Assembly (NCBI GenBank): GCA_040285855.1
Contig: JAUFOQ010000016.1
Span: 3,410,001 to 3,474,000 of the forward strand
Direction: 5' to 3'
DNA: 64,000 nt
Origin: Eukaryota sp. GEM-RC1
Lineage: Eukaryota
Within the stretch, counting starts at the first letter, position 1. Each line of letters starts with the position of its first letter. Below are positions 62,642 through 64,000 of the stretch, piece by piece. The position numbers and the translations under genes are program-made. The notes beneath the pieces are model-generated. The model was not told the origin of the DNA and made no database searches. It saw nothing but the letters and a program-made list of their open reading frames with translations.

Positions 62642-63906
62642 TTGAGATCTATACCTCCTGATATTTCAAGGGAAGTAGCTCAAAAATTCAATGAAATTAG
62701 AGCTAAATTTTTGGGCAATCTTGTTGAAACTGATTCAACCAAACTTCCTTATCATGCATTCTTTTCTGCTTCTTTTGGTGGTGTTGGATTTTCTAGAGCG
62801 GAGTATTTGTGTCAAAGTGCATATCTTGGTGGTTTGAAAAATTTTCTTTTCGAATTCCGTTTGAGATTTAGTGATGTGTTTTCACAAATAATCGCACAGA
62901 ATTCTGTGTGGTTACGTCCTCTTGATTCTGTCATTCAAAACCTATCTGCTGACATTTGGAACAAGTGTTTTCCTAAGTCAATCTCTTCTATTCCTGATAG
63001 GTCAATCGAGTTTCTACATTTATCTGTGGTAAAATTGCAAAATTGTGTTTTACATGGCTTAGAAGACTTGGATTTTTCTAAACGTCTTAGTGTTAAGAAG
63101 GTAAATAATCCCGTCTTTGCTGCTTTTCTTTTGGATTTAAAAAACTGTTCATCGTTTATTACTCAACAGCCTAGACCTTATGGTCTTCATCTCAATAATG
63201 AGGCTTGGAAACTTAACATGCGTCTTCGCTTAGGTCTGTTTCCATCTGAATTGTTAGATAATACTGAGTGTTGTTGTGAAAAGAGACCCAAAGCTGACTT
63301 CAGACACATTGTTAGTTGCAAAAAATTTCTTCAGTTTAGATCGATTTTACACAATGCTGTTCGTGACGTTACGTATGAAATGTTTAAATGTCATGGGTTT
63401 AATGGGAAAATCGAACCTGTTCTTAAACATTATAGTGATGATAATATTACCAATTCTCGACGAGGTGATCTCATTGTTCCATATCTTGATTCTTGTCAAG
63501 CTGTGATAGATTTTACTACTGTTGATCCATGTGCTAAAGTATATTTGAATTCAGTTTCGAGTGATACTGAAAATCATTTATCCAAAGCTGAAAAAAGAAA
63601 AAATTAGTACATAATCTGACACTATGATCAAACTGAATTCCAATTTGTATTCTTCTTTTAAGTTCATTCCTTTTGCTATTTCAATTCTTGGTAATATTGG
63701 ATTTGTTTGCTGCTGAAAAAGTCTTTGATGCCTTTTCAAAGTTGTGCCGTGACCATAGGAAAAATTTTAATCAGTCTATTTGGCGCAATCGCATTGTTTT
63801 TTCCTTATATAGAAGTTTCCCAAAGTATTTGAATCGTATTCTGGACAAATTGTATCGTGGTAGTTCAAGAGTAGATGTGGATCATTTAATATCTTTTAAG
63901 TACTAG
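62642..63906 (+). mobile_element. 5'-truncated RLE-type non-LTR retrotransposon (second subfamily)
   Basis: FGGVGF, NMRLRLG, CCC..HIVSC, HNAVRD, RRGDL..DFTTVD..AEK, WRNRIVFSLYR. Confidence 0.88.
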
Positions 63907-64000
63907 TTGTTTGTATTTCGTTAATTTATAACATATTGCTAACATTTTGCTAAATAATTCAATCTGTGTTTGCGATAACCGATCTGCAGCCACATTTCGT

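Overview
Eukaryotic nuclear DNA from a microbial eukaryote that is probably flagellated; the taxon cannot be assigned from the sequence alone. Very compact islands of host genes alternate with transposon-rich blocks. Host genes: EXO1, a 4E-BP-like gene, FAM228-like, DBP9, P5A-ATPase SPF1, RAV1-like, FAM221-like, PP2A scaffold subunit, HIRA and a classical tyrosine phosphatase (PTP) with a 36-nt GTTTGT intron. Transposon blocks: (i) a ~4.26-kb tandem array of a 3'-truncated Ty3/gypsy element at 1-14.5 kb, followed by a ~895-bp array of a non-LTR relic; (ii) an intact MULE with TIRs and a 9-bp TSD; (iii) a chromodomain Ty3/gypsy element with identical 95-bp LTRs, whose integrase is split by a hAT transposon with an 8-bp TSD; (iv) a PIF1-type helicase relic; (v) a near full-length CRE/NeSL-like non-LTR element with a restriction-like endonuclease (RLE), plus many relics; (vi) a GIY-YIG ORF. 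Many single-base frameshifts sit in homopolymers and are most likely long-read errors. The most unusual object is at 48.4-48.9 kb: a ~500-bp hairpin-bounded cassette holding a U6 snRNA gene whose 3' end is replaced by ~80 nt antisense to exon 1 of the neighbouring intron-containing PTP gene, ending in T4. A second candidate is an unexplained pseudoknotted RNA-like structure at ~20.05-20.24 kb.
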